A stretch of DNA of 64,000 nucleotides from Alistipes sp. (GCA_031551325.1 JAVBNV010000005.1:9190-73189), one strand, 5' to 3'; counted from the stretch's first letter, positions 36,599 to 47,081 are shown. Numbers and translations: made by a program. The notes: generated from the letters alone by a model not told the origin.

Positions 36599-38629
36599 AT
36601 GAAAACATTTTCCCGCCTGTTGCTCCTGGCCGGACTGCTCGCCCTGGGCGCCTGCGCCGAACCCGCCGCCCCGGCCGCCGAAGAGGAGCCCGGCCGCACC
36701 CTGCGCCGCAGCGAATCCTACTTCGGCTTCCACTTCGACTTCCACTCCTCGACCGACTGCAACACCATCGGCCGCAGCCTCACCGAGGGAATGATCGACA
36801 CGCTGCTCGAGATGACCAAGCCCGACTACATCCAGGTCGACTGCAAGGGCCACCCCGGCTACACGAGCTACCCCACGGAGGAGGGCAACCAATCCCCCGG
36901 CTACGAAAAGGACATCCTGGAGATGTTCCGCGAAGTTACCCGCCGCCACAACGTGGCCCTGTACGTGCACTATTCGGGTCTCTGGGACAGCCGGGCCGTG
37001 GAGCTGCACCCCGACTGGGCCGCCCGCCACGCCGACGGTACCCCCGACAAGGACATTACCTCCTACGACGGCCCCTACGTCGAAAAACTGATGGTTCCCC
37101 AGATCAAAGAGATCGCCGCCCGGGGAGTGGACGGCATCTGGATCGACGGCGAGTGCTGGGCCGCCATCCCCGATTATTCGGCCGCCATGTTGAAGCGCTA
37201 CCGCGCGGCCACCGGCGCGGCGGTCCTGCCCAAGCCCGGACAGAAAGGCTACGCCGAATTTATGGAGTGCAACCGCACGGCTTTCAAAGAATACCTTGAC
37301 CGCTACATGCGGGGAGTGAAAGAAGAGTATCCCGATTTCCAGATGACCAGCAACTGGGCTTACTCCTCGATCATGCCCGAACCCGTAGAGGCCCCGGTGG
37401 ATTACCTCTCGGGCGACGTGGCCGGGCAGAACGGCCTCTACAGCGCCGCCTGGGAAGCCCGCTGCATGGCTCCGCAGGGCATGCCCTGGGACCTGATGTC
37501 CTGGGGATTCACCTTCAATTTCGACAGCCAGTTCCTCTCGCCCAAATCGGTCGAAATGTTGCAACAGGAGGCGGCCGAGGTGATGGCTATGGGGGGAGGC
37601 TTCCAGGTCTACTACCAGCAGAACCGCGACGGCTCCCTCAAAACCGACTACTTCCCCCGCATGGCTGCCTTGGCCTCCTGGGTGCGCGAGCGCCAGCCCT
37701 ATTGCCAAGGCGGGGAGCCCCTGCACCAGATCGCCCTGTGGTATTCGGTGGCGGGAAGCAAGGCCGTGCAGAAAAAAGTCTATGAACACCTGGGGCGCAT
37801 GACCGGCGTGCTGGACCTGCTGCTCGATGGCCGCCAGGGCGTGGAGGTACTGATGGACCACCACCTCGAAAAGAAACTTAAGGATTATCCCCTGCTGGTA
37901 CTGCCCGAGTGGCAACACATCGGGGAGCCGATGAAACGCCTGGTCCTGGACTATGTGGAGCAGGGAGGCAACCTGCTGGTGATCGGCCCCGGAGCGATCG
38001 GCAATTTCATCGCTGAGCTGGGCGTGGACACCCTGGGAAGCCTGAGCGGCAAGAACATCTGCTTGCGTACCGAAGGCGGCTCCATGGCCACCATCAAACG
38101 GCCCGACCTCCTGAAAGTGCAGCTCCAACCGGGAACGACCGCTTTCGGAAAGGTCTACGAGGGGGACGACCCCCGCTACTGGCCCGCCATCGCCCCGATG
38201 GCCACGATCCGCCCTTACGGCAAGGGAAAAATAGCCGCCCTTTATTGTGACCTGAACGAAGCCTACCTGACGGCCCGCAGCGAGGGGATGGTGCAGGTGG
38301 TAAATGCCTTGGTGAACGAGTTGTTGCCCCAGCCCCTGGTGCGCATCGCCACGCCCGCCCGGGTGCATGTGGTGCCTGCCAAGAAAGACGACCACTGGAT
38401 GATCCACCTGATCAACACCGCCGGGGACCACTCCAATAAGGAGGTTTTCTCGTACGACCAGGTCCCGGCCCTGCCCGCCCTGGAGCTGGAGGTGGACGCC
38501 CCGAAGCCTTTTACGCGCGCTGTCTTGCAGCCCGAGGGAATCCGGCTTAATGTCCGCAACGAACGAGGTAGATATTTCGTCGAAGTACCATCCATTCCTT
38601 TATATGGGATCGTAGAATTAACGTTTTAG
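36599..38629 (+). CDS. Glycoside hydrolase lipoprotein, GH151/GHL6-like (putative alpha-L-fucosidase)
   Basis: Lipobox LGAC; 'SYFGFHFDFH', 'QVDCKGHPGY.SYPT', 'GVDGIWIDG', GH42-like trimerisation region 'YPLLVLPE', C-terminal beta-sandwich. Confidence 0.55.
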   Translation: MKTFSRLLLLAGLLALGACAEPAAPAAEEEPGRTLRRSESYFGFHFDFHSSTDCNTIGRSLTEGMIDTLLEMTKPDYIQVDCKGHPGYTSYPTEEGNQSPGYEKDILEMFREVTRRHNVALYVHYSGLWDSRAVELHPDWAARHADGTPDKDITSYDGPYVEKLMVPQIKEIAARGVDGIWIDGECWAAIPDYSAAMLKRYRAATGAAVLPKPGQKGYAEFMECNRTAFKEYLDRYMRGVKEEYPDFQMTSNWAYSSIMPEPVEAPVDYLSGDVAGQNGLYSAAWEARCMAPQGMPWDLMSWGFTFNFDSQFLSPKSVEMLQQEAAEVMAMGGGFQVYYQQNRDGSLKTDYFPRMAALASWVRERQPYCQGGEPLHQIALWYSVAGSKAVQKKVYEHLGRMTGVLDLLLDGRQGVEVLMDHHLEKKLKDYPLLVLPEWQHIGEPMKRLVLDYVEQGGNLLVIGPGAIGNFIAELGVDTLGSLSGKNICLRTEGGSMATIKRPDLLKVQLQPGTTAFGKVYEGDDPRYWPAIAPMATIRPYGKGKIAALYCDLNEAYLTARSEGMVQVVNALVNELLPQPLVRIATPARVHVVPAKKDDHWMIHLINTAGDHSNKEVFSYDQVPALPALELEVDAPKPFTRAVLQPEGIRLNVRNERGRYFVEVPSIPLYGIVELTF

Positions 38630-38659
38630 ATAACACCCACACAAAATATTTTTTACCTT

Positions 38660-38692
38660 TACGGGGCCTGCACTCAACCTGCGGGCCCCGTA
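38660..38692 (+). other. 13-bp GC hairpin without U-tract just upstream of the OMP gene
   Basis: tacggggcctgca-ctcaacc-tgcgggccccgta, adjacent to the promoter-like TACCTTTA. Confidence 0.4.
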
Positions 38693-38707
38693 CTAGCATC
38701 CGCCCGC

Positions 38708-39958
38708 ATGAAAAAACTGCTCCTGACTGCCCTCTCTTTGGGCATTTTCTCCCTCTCGGCCCAAACCGAAACTTCGACCCAAACGCCGCCCGAAACTCCC
38801 GAGCCTTCCTACTTCGAGCGGACAACCTCCTCCGGCACCTGGACCATAGACGAAAAGGACGGCCACAAAGCCCATTCGGAAAAACGCTGGCAGAGCCGCC
38901 CGCCCGCCCCGGCCTACACGGCCCAGCCCGCCAACGGCGAGAATCCCTCGCGCTTCGCCCCCGAAGTGGTCTGGGGCCTCTGGGCGGATTTCTTCTTCGA
39001 CAACCGCGAATACAAAAAGAGCCAGATCAACTGGCCCCAGACGCTCTTCGGCATGCGCCTCTCGCCCGAGCTGGGCCTGCGCTGGCGGGGCGGCCACTCC
39101 ATCATGGCGGGGGTCAGCCTGCTGGCCGACTTCGGGGCCAAGCCCTTCGAGGTGGACAACGAAATCTTCGCCTACTACCAATACCGCTCCCCGAAATTCC
39201 GGGCCTACGGCGGGGTGATCCCCCGCTACAAGACCATCGGCGACTACAGCCCGGCCTTCTTCAGCGACTCGGTCAAGTACTACGACCCCAACCTGACGGG
39301 TCTGCTGCTCCAGTACGCCGGAGGCAAGGGCTACGCCGAACTGGGCTTCGACTGGAACAGCAAGCAGGGGCCCACGCAGCGTGAAAAATTCCTGATCTTC
39401 TCTTCCGGGCGCATCAACCACAGGTTGTTCTACGCCGGATACAACCTCAGCCTCTCCCACCACGCGGCCAGCGAGACCGTCGACGGGGTGGTGGACAACA
39501 TCTGGCTCTATCCCTTCGTGGGGATCGACCTGGTGCAGAAGACCTGCATGGAGGTGCTCAACCTGCAGGTGGGTTGGATTCAGACCATGCAGAACGACCG
39601 CAAGTACGTCGGCGAGTATGTCACCCCCGGCGGCTTCCAGGCCCAACTGCGCCTGCAAAAATGGGGCTTCGGGATCGACGAGACCTTTTATACAGGCAAG
39701 AACCTGATGCCCTACTGGGTGGCCCCCGAGTCCGACGTCGACCTCGATTACGGCCCCGGCCTCTACTGGGGCGAGCCCTGGTACCGCACTTCTTCGGTCT
39801 ACAATCGCCTGGAAATCTACTGGCAGCCCATCGCCAACAACCGCATGAGCCTGCGCATCGCCTCGGTCCATCACTACGACGGCGACCAATGGGGGTGGCA
39901 GCAGAAAATTCTTTTCCGGATTAATCTGGGGCAGAACCGCCTGATCAATAAACGGTAA
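38708..39958 (+). CDS. Hypothetical outer-membrane beta-barrel protein with Pro/Thr-rich N-terminal extension
   Basis: Sec signal MKKLLLTALSLGIFSLSA; 'FFDNREY', 'QTLFGMRLSPE'; alternating amphipathic strands rich in Y/F/W/G. Confidence 0.6.
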   Translation: MKKLLLTALSLGIFSLSAQTETSTQTPPETPEPSYFERTTSSGTWTIDEKDGHKAHSEKRWQSRPPAPAYTAQPANGENPSRFAPEVVWGLWADFFFDNREYKKSQINWPQTLFGMRLSPELGLRWRGGHSIMAGVSLLADFGAKPFEVDNEIFAYYQYRSPKFRAYGGVIPRYKTIGDYSPAFFSDSVKYYDPNLTGLLLQYAGGKGYAELGFDWNSKQGPTQREKFLIFSSGRINHRLFYAGYNLSLSHHAASETVDGVVDNIWLYPFVGIDLVQKTCMEVLNLQVGWIQTMQNDRKYVGEYVTPGGFQAQLRLQKWGFGIDETFYTGKNLMPYWVAPESDVDLDYGPGLYWGEPWYRTSSVYNRLEIYWQPIANNRMSLRIASVHHYDGDQWGWQQKILFRINLGQNRLINKR

Positions 39959-39994
39959 ACTGAAAAAGGACCCGCAAGGGTCCTTTTTCAGTTT
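39957..39994. terminator. Bidirectional intrinsic terminator
   Basis: aaactgaaaaaggaccc-gcaa-gggtcctttttcagttt, 17-bp perfect stem with GNRA loop. Confidence 0.88.
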
Positions 39995-40011
39995 GCCGGG
40001 CCAGCCGGAAA

Positions 40012-41421
40012 TTATCTCTTTTTCAACCCGTACTCCGCCGCCAGTTTTTCCATCATGGCGTAGGCGGGTCCGTACTCGTTGGGGATCTCCCCCTCCAGGA
40101 TGGCCTCCTTGATAGCCTCCTTGATCAGGCCCACCTCGCGGCAGGGCTCGATGTCGTAAACTTCCATAATTAAATTTCCGTCCACCGGAGGCTGGAAGTT
40201 GCGCACCCGGTCTTTCACCTCGATCTCGGCAAGTTTGATCCGCACCAGGTTGAAGTTGGCCAGAAAGCGCTGCACCTTGGCGTCGTTGGCCGAGGTGATG
40301 TCCGCCTCGCAGAGGGTCATCAGGTCGTCGATGTCGTCCCCCGCTTCGAACAGCAATCTTCGCACAGCCGAGTCGGTCACTTCCTCCTCGGAGAGCACGA
40401 TGGGGCGCAGGTGCAGGAAAACGAGCTTCTGGACGTACTTCATCCGCTCGTCCAGGGGGAGTTTCAGGCGGCGGAAGATGCCCGGGATCATCTTAGACCC
40501 CAGGGTCTCGTGCCCGTGGAAGGTCCAGCCCAAGCGTGCGTCGTAGGCCTTGGTGCGCGGCTTGCCGATGTCGTGCAGCAGGGCCGCCCAGCGCAGGTAG
40601 AGGTTGTCGCTCTTGCGGGAGACGTTATCCAACACCTTGAGCGTGTGCTCGAAATTGTCCTTGTGCGCCCGTCCGGCCACTTTTTCCACGCCCTTGAGGG
40701 CGACCATTTCCGGAAAGATCAGCCCCAGCAGGCCGCAGTTGTCCAATAGATAAAAACCCAGCGAGGGGGCGGGGGAGAGCATGATTTTGTTGAGCTCGGT
40801 CAGGATGCGCTCGGCCGAGACGATCTTGATGCGTTCGGCATTGCGGCGGATCGCTTCATAAGTTTCGTCCTCGATGTCGAAGCCCAGTTGGGTGGCGAAG
40901 CGCACGGCCCGGACCATCCGCAGGGGGTCGTCCGAGAAGGTGACGTCGCCGTCCCCCGGCGTGCGGATGGTGCAGCGTTGCAGGTCGCCCATGCCGTCGA
41001 AGGGGTCGACGAGCTCGCCGAAGGTCTCTTCGTTGAGCGAAAAGGCCATGGCGTTGATCGTGAAATCGCGCCGTTGCTGGTCGTCTTCGAGCGTGCCGTC
41101 CTCGACGATGGGCTTGCGCGAATCGGCCCGGTAGGACTCCTTGCGGGCCCCCACGAACTCCACTTCCCACTCGCCGCAGCGCAGCATGGCCGTCCCGAAA
41201 TTCTTGAACACCGAGACGTTCGTGCCCAGCTCCCGGCCCAGGGCGCGGGCCAGCTCGATGCCGCTGCCCAGCACCACCACGTCGATGTCGGTGACCGGGC
41301 GGTGCAGAAACCAGTCGCGCACGTAGCCGCCGATGGCGTAGGCACGCACGCCTTTTTCATCGGCCAGGCGGCCGAGCTGCCGGAATACGGGGGCTTCGAG
41401 GGCTTCGGGGTAGGTGCTCAC
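40012..41421 (-). CDS. cca: CCA tRNA nucleotidyltransferase with HD domain
   Basis: 'GGYVRD...DID', 'RRDFTINAMA', 'DDPLRMVRAVRF', 'LLHDIGKP'. GTG start. Confidence 0.92.
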   Translation of the reverse strand: MSTYPEALEAPVFRQLGRLADEKGVRAYAIGGYVRDWFLHRPVTDIDVVVLGSGIELARALGRELGTNVSVFKNFGTAMLRCGEWEVEFVGARKESYRADSRKPIVEDGTLEDDQQRRDFTINAMAFSLNEETFGELVDPFDGMGDLQRCTIRTPGDGDVTFSDDPLRMVRAVRFATQLGFDIEDETYEAIRRNAERIKIVSAERILTELNKIMLSPAPSLGFYLLDNCGLLGLIFPEMVALKGVEKVAGRAHKDNFEHTLKVLDNVSRKSDNLYLRWAALLHDIGKPRTKAYDARLGWTFHGHETLGSKMIPGIFRRLKLPLDERMKYVQKLVFLHLRPIVLSEEEVTDSAVRRLLFEAGDDIDDLMTLCEADITSANDAKVQRFLANFNLVRIKLAEIEVKDRVRNFQPPVDGNLIMEVYDIEPCREVGLIKEAIKEAILEGEIPNEYGPAYAMMEKLAAEYGLKKR

Positions 41422-41425
41422 GCGT

Positions 41426-42142
41426 TTATTGTTTCAATTCTCTCAGGTAGAGCTGGATCGTGTTCTCGAATCCCAGGTAGATGGCCTCCGAGATCAGGGC
41501 GTGCCCGATCGAGACTTCCAGCAATCCGGGGATGTTTTCGGCGAAGTAGCGCAGGTTCTCCCGGCTCAGGTCGTGCCCGGCGTTGAGGCCCAGGCCGTAA
41601 CTTTGGGCCGCCCGCGCCGTTTCAATAAAAGGAGCGATGGCCGCCTCGCGCCCCGAGGCGTACCCCGTGGCATAGCCTTCCGTGTAGAGCTCGATGCGGT
41701 CGGCCCCGGTGGCCGCCGCGTAGGGCACCAGCTCGGGGTTGGGATCGAGGAAGATCGAGGTGCGGATGCCCTTCTCCTTGAAGCGGGCGATCACGTCGCT
41801 CAGGAAGCGCTCATGGGTACGCGTGTCCCAGCCGGCGTTGGAGGTGACGGCGTCGTGGGCGTCGGGGACCAGGGTCACCTGGGCCGGAACGGTCTCCAGG
41901 ACCAGGGCCACGAAGCTCTCCGTCGGGTTGCCTTCGATGTTGAGTTCGGTGGAGATCGCTCCCTTCAGCTCGCGCACGTCCCGGTAGCGGATGTGTCGTT
42001 CGTCGGGCCGCGGGTGGACGGTGATTCCCTGGGCTCCGAAACGTTCCGCCGCCAGGGCCGCTTCCAGTACGTTGGGGGTGTCCCCGCCCCGGGAGTTGCG
42101 CAGCGTGGCGATCTTATTGATGTTGACGCTCAGCTTTGTCAT
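41426..42142 (-). CDS. pdxJ: Pyridoxine 5'-phosphate synthase
   Basis: '[16 protein letters not shown]', '[12 protein letters not shown]', 'ELYT', 'NAGHDL', 'EVSIGHALI'. Confidence 0.96.
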   Translation of the reverse strand: MTKLSVNINKIATLRNSRGGDTPNVLEAALAAERFGAQGITVHPRPDERHIRYRDVRELKGAISTELNIEGNPTESFVALVLETVPAQVTLVPDAHDAVTSNAGWDTRTHERFLSDVIARFKEKGIRTSIFLDPNPELVPYAAATGADRIELYTEGYATGYASGREAAIAPFIETARAAQSYGLGLNAGHDLSRENLRYFAENIPGLLEVSIGHALISEAIYLGFENTIQLYLRELKQ

Positions 42143-42150
42143 ATTTTTCC

Positions 42151-42171
42151 TATTTTTGCGGGGTAAAGTTA
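42151..42171. promoter_or_regulatory. Overlapping divergent -7 elements (TATTTTTG + at 42151-42158; variant TAACTTTAC - at 42163-42171)
   Basis: Only AT-rich segment in the 53-nt pdxJ/nadK gap. Confidence 0.5.
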
Positions 42172-42195
42172 GCGCTTTTTTAGAAATTTTGTCGT

Positions 42196-43083
42196 ATGCA
42201 GATCGCCCTTTATAGCCGCCCCCGTCCCCGGGAGGAAGCCGGGGAGTTGGACCGCCTGTTCGAGGCGCTCCAGGCCAACGGCCTGTCGTTTACCCTCAAC
42301 GAGGCTTTCGCCCGGGAGGCCGCCGGGGCCACCGGACGCACCTTCGGTCCCGGGCAGGTCTATGCCGATGTACGGGAGTTGGACCCCGAGACCTCCGTGC
42401 TGGTGAGCTACGGGGGCGACGGCACCTTCCTGGAGGCCGTGCGGATGCTCTCGGCGCGGCCCATTCCCCTGATCGGGATCAACTCGGGCCGCCTGGGTTT
42501 CCTGGCCAACGTCACCAAGGAGGAGATGAACGACGCCTTTGCCCGCATCCGTCGGGGAGACTACACCCTCGAGGAGCGTTCGCTGCTGCAGGCCGAGGGC
42601 GGCTTCACGGAGCAACCCGAATACCCCTTCGCCTTCAACGAGCTGACCATCCAGCGCCAGGGCGCCAGCATGGTGATGACCGAGGTCTGCGTGGACGGCG
42701 AGCTGATCGCGACCTGCCACGGCGACGGGCTGCTGGTCTCGACCCCCTCGGGCTCGACGGCCTATTCGCTCAGTGTGGGCGGCCCGGTGGTCTCGCCGCA
42801 GTGCAACTGCCTGATTATCTCGCCTATCGCCCCGCATAATCTCACCATGCGCCCGGTGGTGGTGCCCGACAGCAGCCGCATCACCCTGAAAATCCGCAGC
42901 CGCGAAGGCGGATTCTACGTTTCGCTTGATAATCAGAACTATTCGGCCCCGGACGGAGCCGAGTTCCGGATCAGGAAGGCGGAAAAACCGGTTTTTTTGG
43001 TCCACCTGCAAAATATATCGTTTTACGAAACGTTAAGAAATAAAATGATGTGGGGAATGGACAGCCGGGATAAGAGCCTCTGA
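42196..43083 (+). CDS. nadK: NAD kinase
   Basis: GGDGT, '[10 protein letters not shown]', NE motif, '[21 protein letters not shown]'. Confidence 0.95.
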   Translation: MQIALYSRPRPREEAGELDRLFEALQANGLSFTLNEAFAREAAGATGRTFGPGQVYADVRELDPETSVLVSYGGDGTFLEAVRMLSARPIPLIGINSGRLGFLANVTKEEMNDAFARIRRGDYTLEERSLLQAEGGFTEQPEYPFAFNELTIQRQGASMVMTEVCVDGELIATCHGDGLLVSTPSGSTAYSLSVGGPVVSPQCNCLIISPIAPHNLTMRPVVVPDSSRITLKIRSREGGFYVSLDNQNYSAPDGAEFRIRKAEKPVFLVHLQNISFYETLRNKMMWGMDSRDKSL

Positions 43084-43131
43084 AAACTTCCCCAGCGTGT
43101 GGAGGATAAGACTATTTCTTATAAATAATGT

Positions 43132-43139
43132 TATCTTTG
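43132..43139 (+). promoter_or_regulatory. -7 promoter (TATCTTTG) for uppS-bamA-skp
   Basis: Exact TAnnTTTG in an AT-rich context. Confidence 0.6.
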
Positions 43140-43208
43140 CACACTGAAATACTACGCCCGCGGCACAGCCCCCAGGCGCCCCGAAAACTTCGAGAACCCA
43201 AACTTCGA

Positions 43209-43931
43209 ATGAATCCGATCGATCCGCAGCGTACCCCCGCACATGTCGCCATCATCATGGACGGCAACGGCCGGTGGGCCGAGCAGCGAGGCCAGCAGCG
43301 CCTCTACGGCCATATCCAGGGGGTCGAGAGCGTGCGCCGGAGCGTCGAGGCCGCGGTGAAGCTGGGGGTCCGTTACCTTACCTTATACGCTTTTTCCACC
43401 GAGAACTGGGGCCGCCCCGAGGCCGAAGTGACCGCCCTGATGGAGCTGCTCTGCGAGAACAGCGTGGGCGAAGCGCCCCGCCTCCGGAAAGCCGGGGTGA
43501 GCATGCGCTTTATCGGCGACCTGAGCATGCTTTCCGAAAAAGTCCAGGCCTCGATCCGCGAGGGCGAAGCCCTGACCGCCGGGGGCGACAAGCTGACCCT
43601 GCTGATCGCCGTCAATTACAGCTCCCGCTGGGAACTTACCGGAATGACCCGCCGCCTGGCCGCGCAGGTGGCCGCCGGGCGCTTGACAACGGAAGAGATC
43701 ACCCCCGACCTGATCTCAAAAAATCTTTCCACCGCGGGGATTCCCGATCCCGATCTGCTGATCCGCACCAGCGGCGAACACCGCCTGAGCAATTTCCTGC
43801 TCTGGCAGCTCTCCTACAGTGAGTTGTATTTTACCGATATATGCTGGCCCGATTTCGACGAAGGGGCTTTTGAACAGGCCGTGGCGGACTATCAAGGTCG
43901 CCAGCGCCGCTACGGAGTATTAACGAAATAG
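43209..43931 (+). CDS. uppS: Undecaprenyl diphosphate synthase
   Basis: 'HVAIIMDGNGRWA', 'YAFSTENWGRP', 'DLLIRTSGE.RLSNFLLWQ'. Confidence 0.95.
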   Translation: MNPIDPQRTPAHVAIIMDGNGRWAEQRGQQRLYGHIQGVESVRRSVEAAVKLGVRYLTLYAFSTENWGRPEAEVTALMELLCENSVGEAPRLRKAGVSMRFIGDLSMLSEKVQASIREGEALTAGGDKLTLLIAVNYSSRWELTGMTRRLAAQVAAGRLTTEEITPDLISKNLSTAGIPDPDLLIRTSGEHRLSNFLLWQLSYSELYFTDICWPDFDEGAFEQAVADYQGRQRRYGVLTK

Positions 43932-43945
43932 AGCACAGGGTGCAG

Positions 43946-46495
43946 ATGAGATTTTTCAGCTTAGCAATCATTTCCTTTTTGATCGGAACCGCGACCCTGG
44001 TTTCGGCCCAGACTACCGAGCCCCCCCAAGCCACTCCCCCCGCCGATACCACCCGGCAGCAGGAGCGCCAGCCGGCGGCTACCATGGCCGACTACGAGGC
44101 CCCCAAACAGTTCATCGTGAACCAGATCCGGGTCAACGGGGTGAAATTCCTCGACCCCGACATCATCGCCAGCACCTCGGGCATCGCCCCCGGGGACACC
44201 GTCATGATCCCCAGCGATTACGTCTCTTCGGCCATCCGCAAGATGTGGGCCCAGCGCTTCTATTCCGACGTGCAGATCGAAGCCGAGACGGTGGGGGACA
44301 GCGTCAACTTCGACATTTACCTCCAGGAACGTCCCCGGGTCTACAAATGGAAGTACCTCGGGGTCCGCAAAGGGGAAGAGAAAGAACTCAAAGAGAAACT
44401 GAACCTCAAGGAGGGCCGCGAACTCTCGGATTACATCATCAAGACCTCGATCGACGTCATCAAGAAATTCTACTCCCAGAAGGGCTACCGCAACGTGGAG
44501 GTCGACGTCCTCCAGGAGAACGACCCGACCCTGCCCAACACCGTGAACGTCACCTTCGGGATTCACCGCAACGAGAAAGTGCACATCGGGGAGATCCTCT
44601 TCGAGGGCAACGAAGTCTACAAAGACAAGAAGTTGCGCAAGACGATGAAGAAGACCCATCAGAAAAGCATCAACTTATTCCGCGCCACCAAGCTCAAGGA
44701 GAAAGAATACGGGGAAGACAAGGGAAACATCATCGACTTCTACGGCGCCCAGGGCTACCGCAACGCCGCCATCGTCAGCGACTCGATCTACACGATCAAC
44801 CCCAAGCGGATCGGCATTCGGATCACCCTGGAGGAAGGGCTCAAATTCTACTACCGCAACGTAACCTGGCTGGGCAACAGCGTCTATCCCACCGATCAGC
44901 TCAACCTGGTCCTGGGGGTGGTCAAAGGCCGCCACTACGACCGCAAATCGCTCCACAAGCAGTTGGGGATTTACCGCGAAATGGACCCCGAGTACCCCTC
45001 GGTCTCCTCGATGTACCAGAACAGCGGGTACCTCTTCTCCCAGATCGAGCCCGAAGAAACGGTGGTCGGCGTCGACTCGGTCGACATCAAGATCAAAGTC
45101 TACGAAGGCAAGCAGGCCCGGATCAACGAAGTGAACATCACCGGGAACCTGCGCGTGGACGAGAAGGTGATCCGCCGCGAGTTGTATGTGCGCCCGGGTG
45201 AGCTCTACGACCGCTCGCTGCTGATGCAGACCCTGCGCCAGCTGAGCCAGATGCAGCACTTCAACCCCGAAACCCTCCAGCCCGGGATCTCTCCGGTGAC
45301 CGGCGAGCTGGTCGACCTGAACTTCCCGCTCGAGGAGCAGGCCAGCGACCGCTTCGAGGTCTCCGGCGGTTGGGGGAGCGGCATGTTCGTCGGCTCGGTC
45401 GGGGTCGTGCTGAACAACTTCTCGGTCAAGAACCTCTTCCACAGCGACCGCTGGACGCCCTATCCCTCGGGCCAGAACCAGCAGCTCTCGATCCGCGGAC
45501 AATCCAACGGTACTTACTACAAGGCCCTTTCGCTGCAGTTCGTCGAACCCTGGCTGGGCGGAAAGAAGCCCCACAGTTTCACCCTGGGGCTCTACTACTC
45601 CGACCAGACCAACGCTTACAGCATGTTCCAGGCGGGAACCAAGCACTTCCGCACCATCGGGGCCAGCGTCGGGATCGGCCGCCGCCTCAACTGGCCCGAC
45701 CGTTTCTTCACCATCTACAATGAAATCAGCTACCAGGCCTACAACCTCAAGGATTGGGACAACTTCGTGGTGGAGAACGGGAGCTCGAACATCATCGCCT
45801 TCAAGACCACCTTCGGCCGCAACACGGTCGACCAGCCGATCTTCCCGCGCAGCGGGTCCGATTTCTCGATCAGCGTGGCCCTGACGCCGCCTTATTCGCT
45901 CTTCGACGGGATCGACTACTCCCGCACCGACCTGACCGATAAGCAGCGTTACCAGTGGATCGAATACCACAAATGGGGCCTCAAGGGCGAGTGGTACGTG
46001 CCTCTGACCCGCAACCGCAAGCTGGTGATGATGGCCCGGGCGCAGATGGGCTACCTCGGCTCCTACGACAAATACAAACCCTCGCCCTTCGAAGGCTTCG
46101 ACGTCGGGGGGGACGGGATGTCCGGCTACAACGTCTACGGGGTGGATGTGATCGCCATGCGCGGGTACAGCAACAGTTCTCTGACGACCTATACCAGTAC
46201 GCAGAATTACTCCAACGCCTACAACAAATACACCATCGAAGTCCGCTTCCCGTTCATGCTGCAACCCAATTCCACCATCTACGGCCTGGTCTTTGCGGAA
46301 GCAGGGAATGCCTTCCCTTCCTGGAAGACCTTCGACCCCTTCAACCTGAAGCGCTCCATCGGGGCGGGGGTCCGCCTCTACCTGCCGTTCGTGGGCCTGC
46401 TGGGCTTCGACTGGGGGTACGGTTTTGACAGCGAGTACGGCCAGACCGGCAAACACGGCGGCCAGGTGCACTTTATGATCGGGCAGCAATTTTAG
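43946..46495 (+). CDS. bamA: Outer-membrane protein assembly factor BamA
   Basis: POTRA repeats, 'VIRRE', 'MRGY' (VRGF-like) loop, C-terminal 'HFMIGQQF'. Confidence 0.93.
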   Translation: MRFFSLAIISFLIGTATLVSAQTTEPPQATPPADTTRQQERQPAATMADYEAPKQFIVNQIRVNGVKFLDPDIIASTSGIAPGDTVMIPSDYVSSAIRKMWAQRFYSDVQIEAETVGDSVNFDIYLQERPRVYKWKYLGVRKGEEKELKEKLNLKEGRELSDYIIKTSIDVIKKFYSQKGYRNVEVDVLQENDPTLPNTVNVTFGIHRNEKVHIGEILFEGNEVYKDKKLRKTMKKTHQKSINLFRATKLKEKEYGEDKGNIIDFYGAQGYRNAAIVSDSIYTINPKRIGIRITLEEGLKFYYRNVTWLGNSVYPTDQLNLVLGVVKGRHYDRKSLHKQLGIYREMDPEYPSVSSMYQNSGYLFSQIEPEETVVGVDSVDIKIKVYEGKQARINEVNITGNLRVDEKVIRRELYVRPGELYDRSLLMQTLRQLSQMQHFNPETLQPGISPVTGELVDLNFPLEEQASDRFEVSGGWGSGMFVGSVGVVLNNFSVKNLFHSDRWTPYPSGQNQQLSIRGQSNGTYYKALSLQFVEPWLGGKKPHSFTLGLYYSDQTNAYSMFQAGTKHFRTIGASVGIGRRLNWPDRFFTIYNEISYQAYNLKDWDNFVVENGSSNIIAFKTTFGRNTVDQPIFPRSGSDFSISVALTPPYSLFDGIDYSRTDLTDKQRYQWIEYHKWGLKGEWYVPLTRNRKLVMMARAQMGYLGSYDKYKPSPFEGFDVGGDGMSGYNVYGVDVIAMRGYSNSSLTTYTSTQNYSNAYNKYTIEVRFPFMLQPNSTIYGLVFAEAGNAFPSWKTFDPFNLKRSIGAGVRLYLPFVGLLGFDWGYGFDSEYGQTGKHGGQVHFMIGQQF

Positions 46496-46563
46496 CTTTC
46501 CCCCACAGACCAATTTTCAGATCAAATCACTATCTTGCAACCCACTTTATTAATGAACCGGAT

Positions 46564-47073
46564 ATGAAAAAGCAAATCTTATTGGCCGCTTGTATGCTTT
46601 TGTCGGTGTGCGGCGTTTCCGCCCAAAGTTATATCTTTGTGAACTCGGAGAAGGTATTCAAGTCCCAGGCCTCTTACAACACCGCCATCAAGCAGTTGGA
46701 AGACCTGACGGCCGCCTACCAGAAGAACATCGACGACGCGTACGCCACCATCGAACAAGCTTACACCAACTACCAGTCGCAGAAGGCCTACCTCTCCGAC
46801 ACCCGCCGCAACGAACGCGAGCAGGAGATCATCGACATGGAACACAAGGTGACCGCCTACCAGCAGGAAAAGTTCGGCAACGAGGGCGAGGTGATGAAAA
46901 AGCGCCTCGAGTTGATCAAGCCGATCCAGGACAAGGTCTTCGCCGTGATCAACAAGTACGCCGAGACCAACAACCACACGATGGTCGTGGACGTGGTCAA
47001 CAACCAAACGCTGTTGTATTACGCCCCGGCTTTGGATAAGACACAAGAAATAATTAACTTGCTCAATCAATAA
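46564..47073 (+). CDS. skp: OmpH/Skp periplasmic chaperone 1
   Basis: Signal peptide, beta-strand 'YIFVNSEKV', long coiled-coil, 'PIQDKVF.VI'. Follows bamA. Confidence 0.85.
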   Translation: MKKQILLAACMLLSVCGVSAQSYIFVNSEKVFKSQASYNTAIKQLEDLTAAYQKNIDDAYATIEQAYTNYQSQKAYLSDTRRNEREQEIIDMEHKVTAYQQEKFGNEGEVMKKRLELIKPIQDKVFAVINKYAETNNHTMVVDVVNNQTLLYYAPALDKTQEIINLLNQ

Positions 47074-47081
47074 CCTACTTA

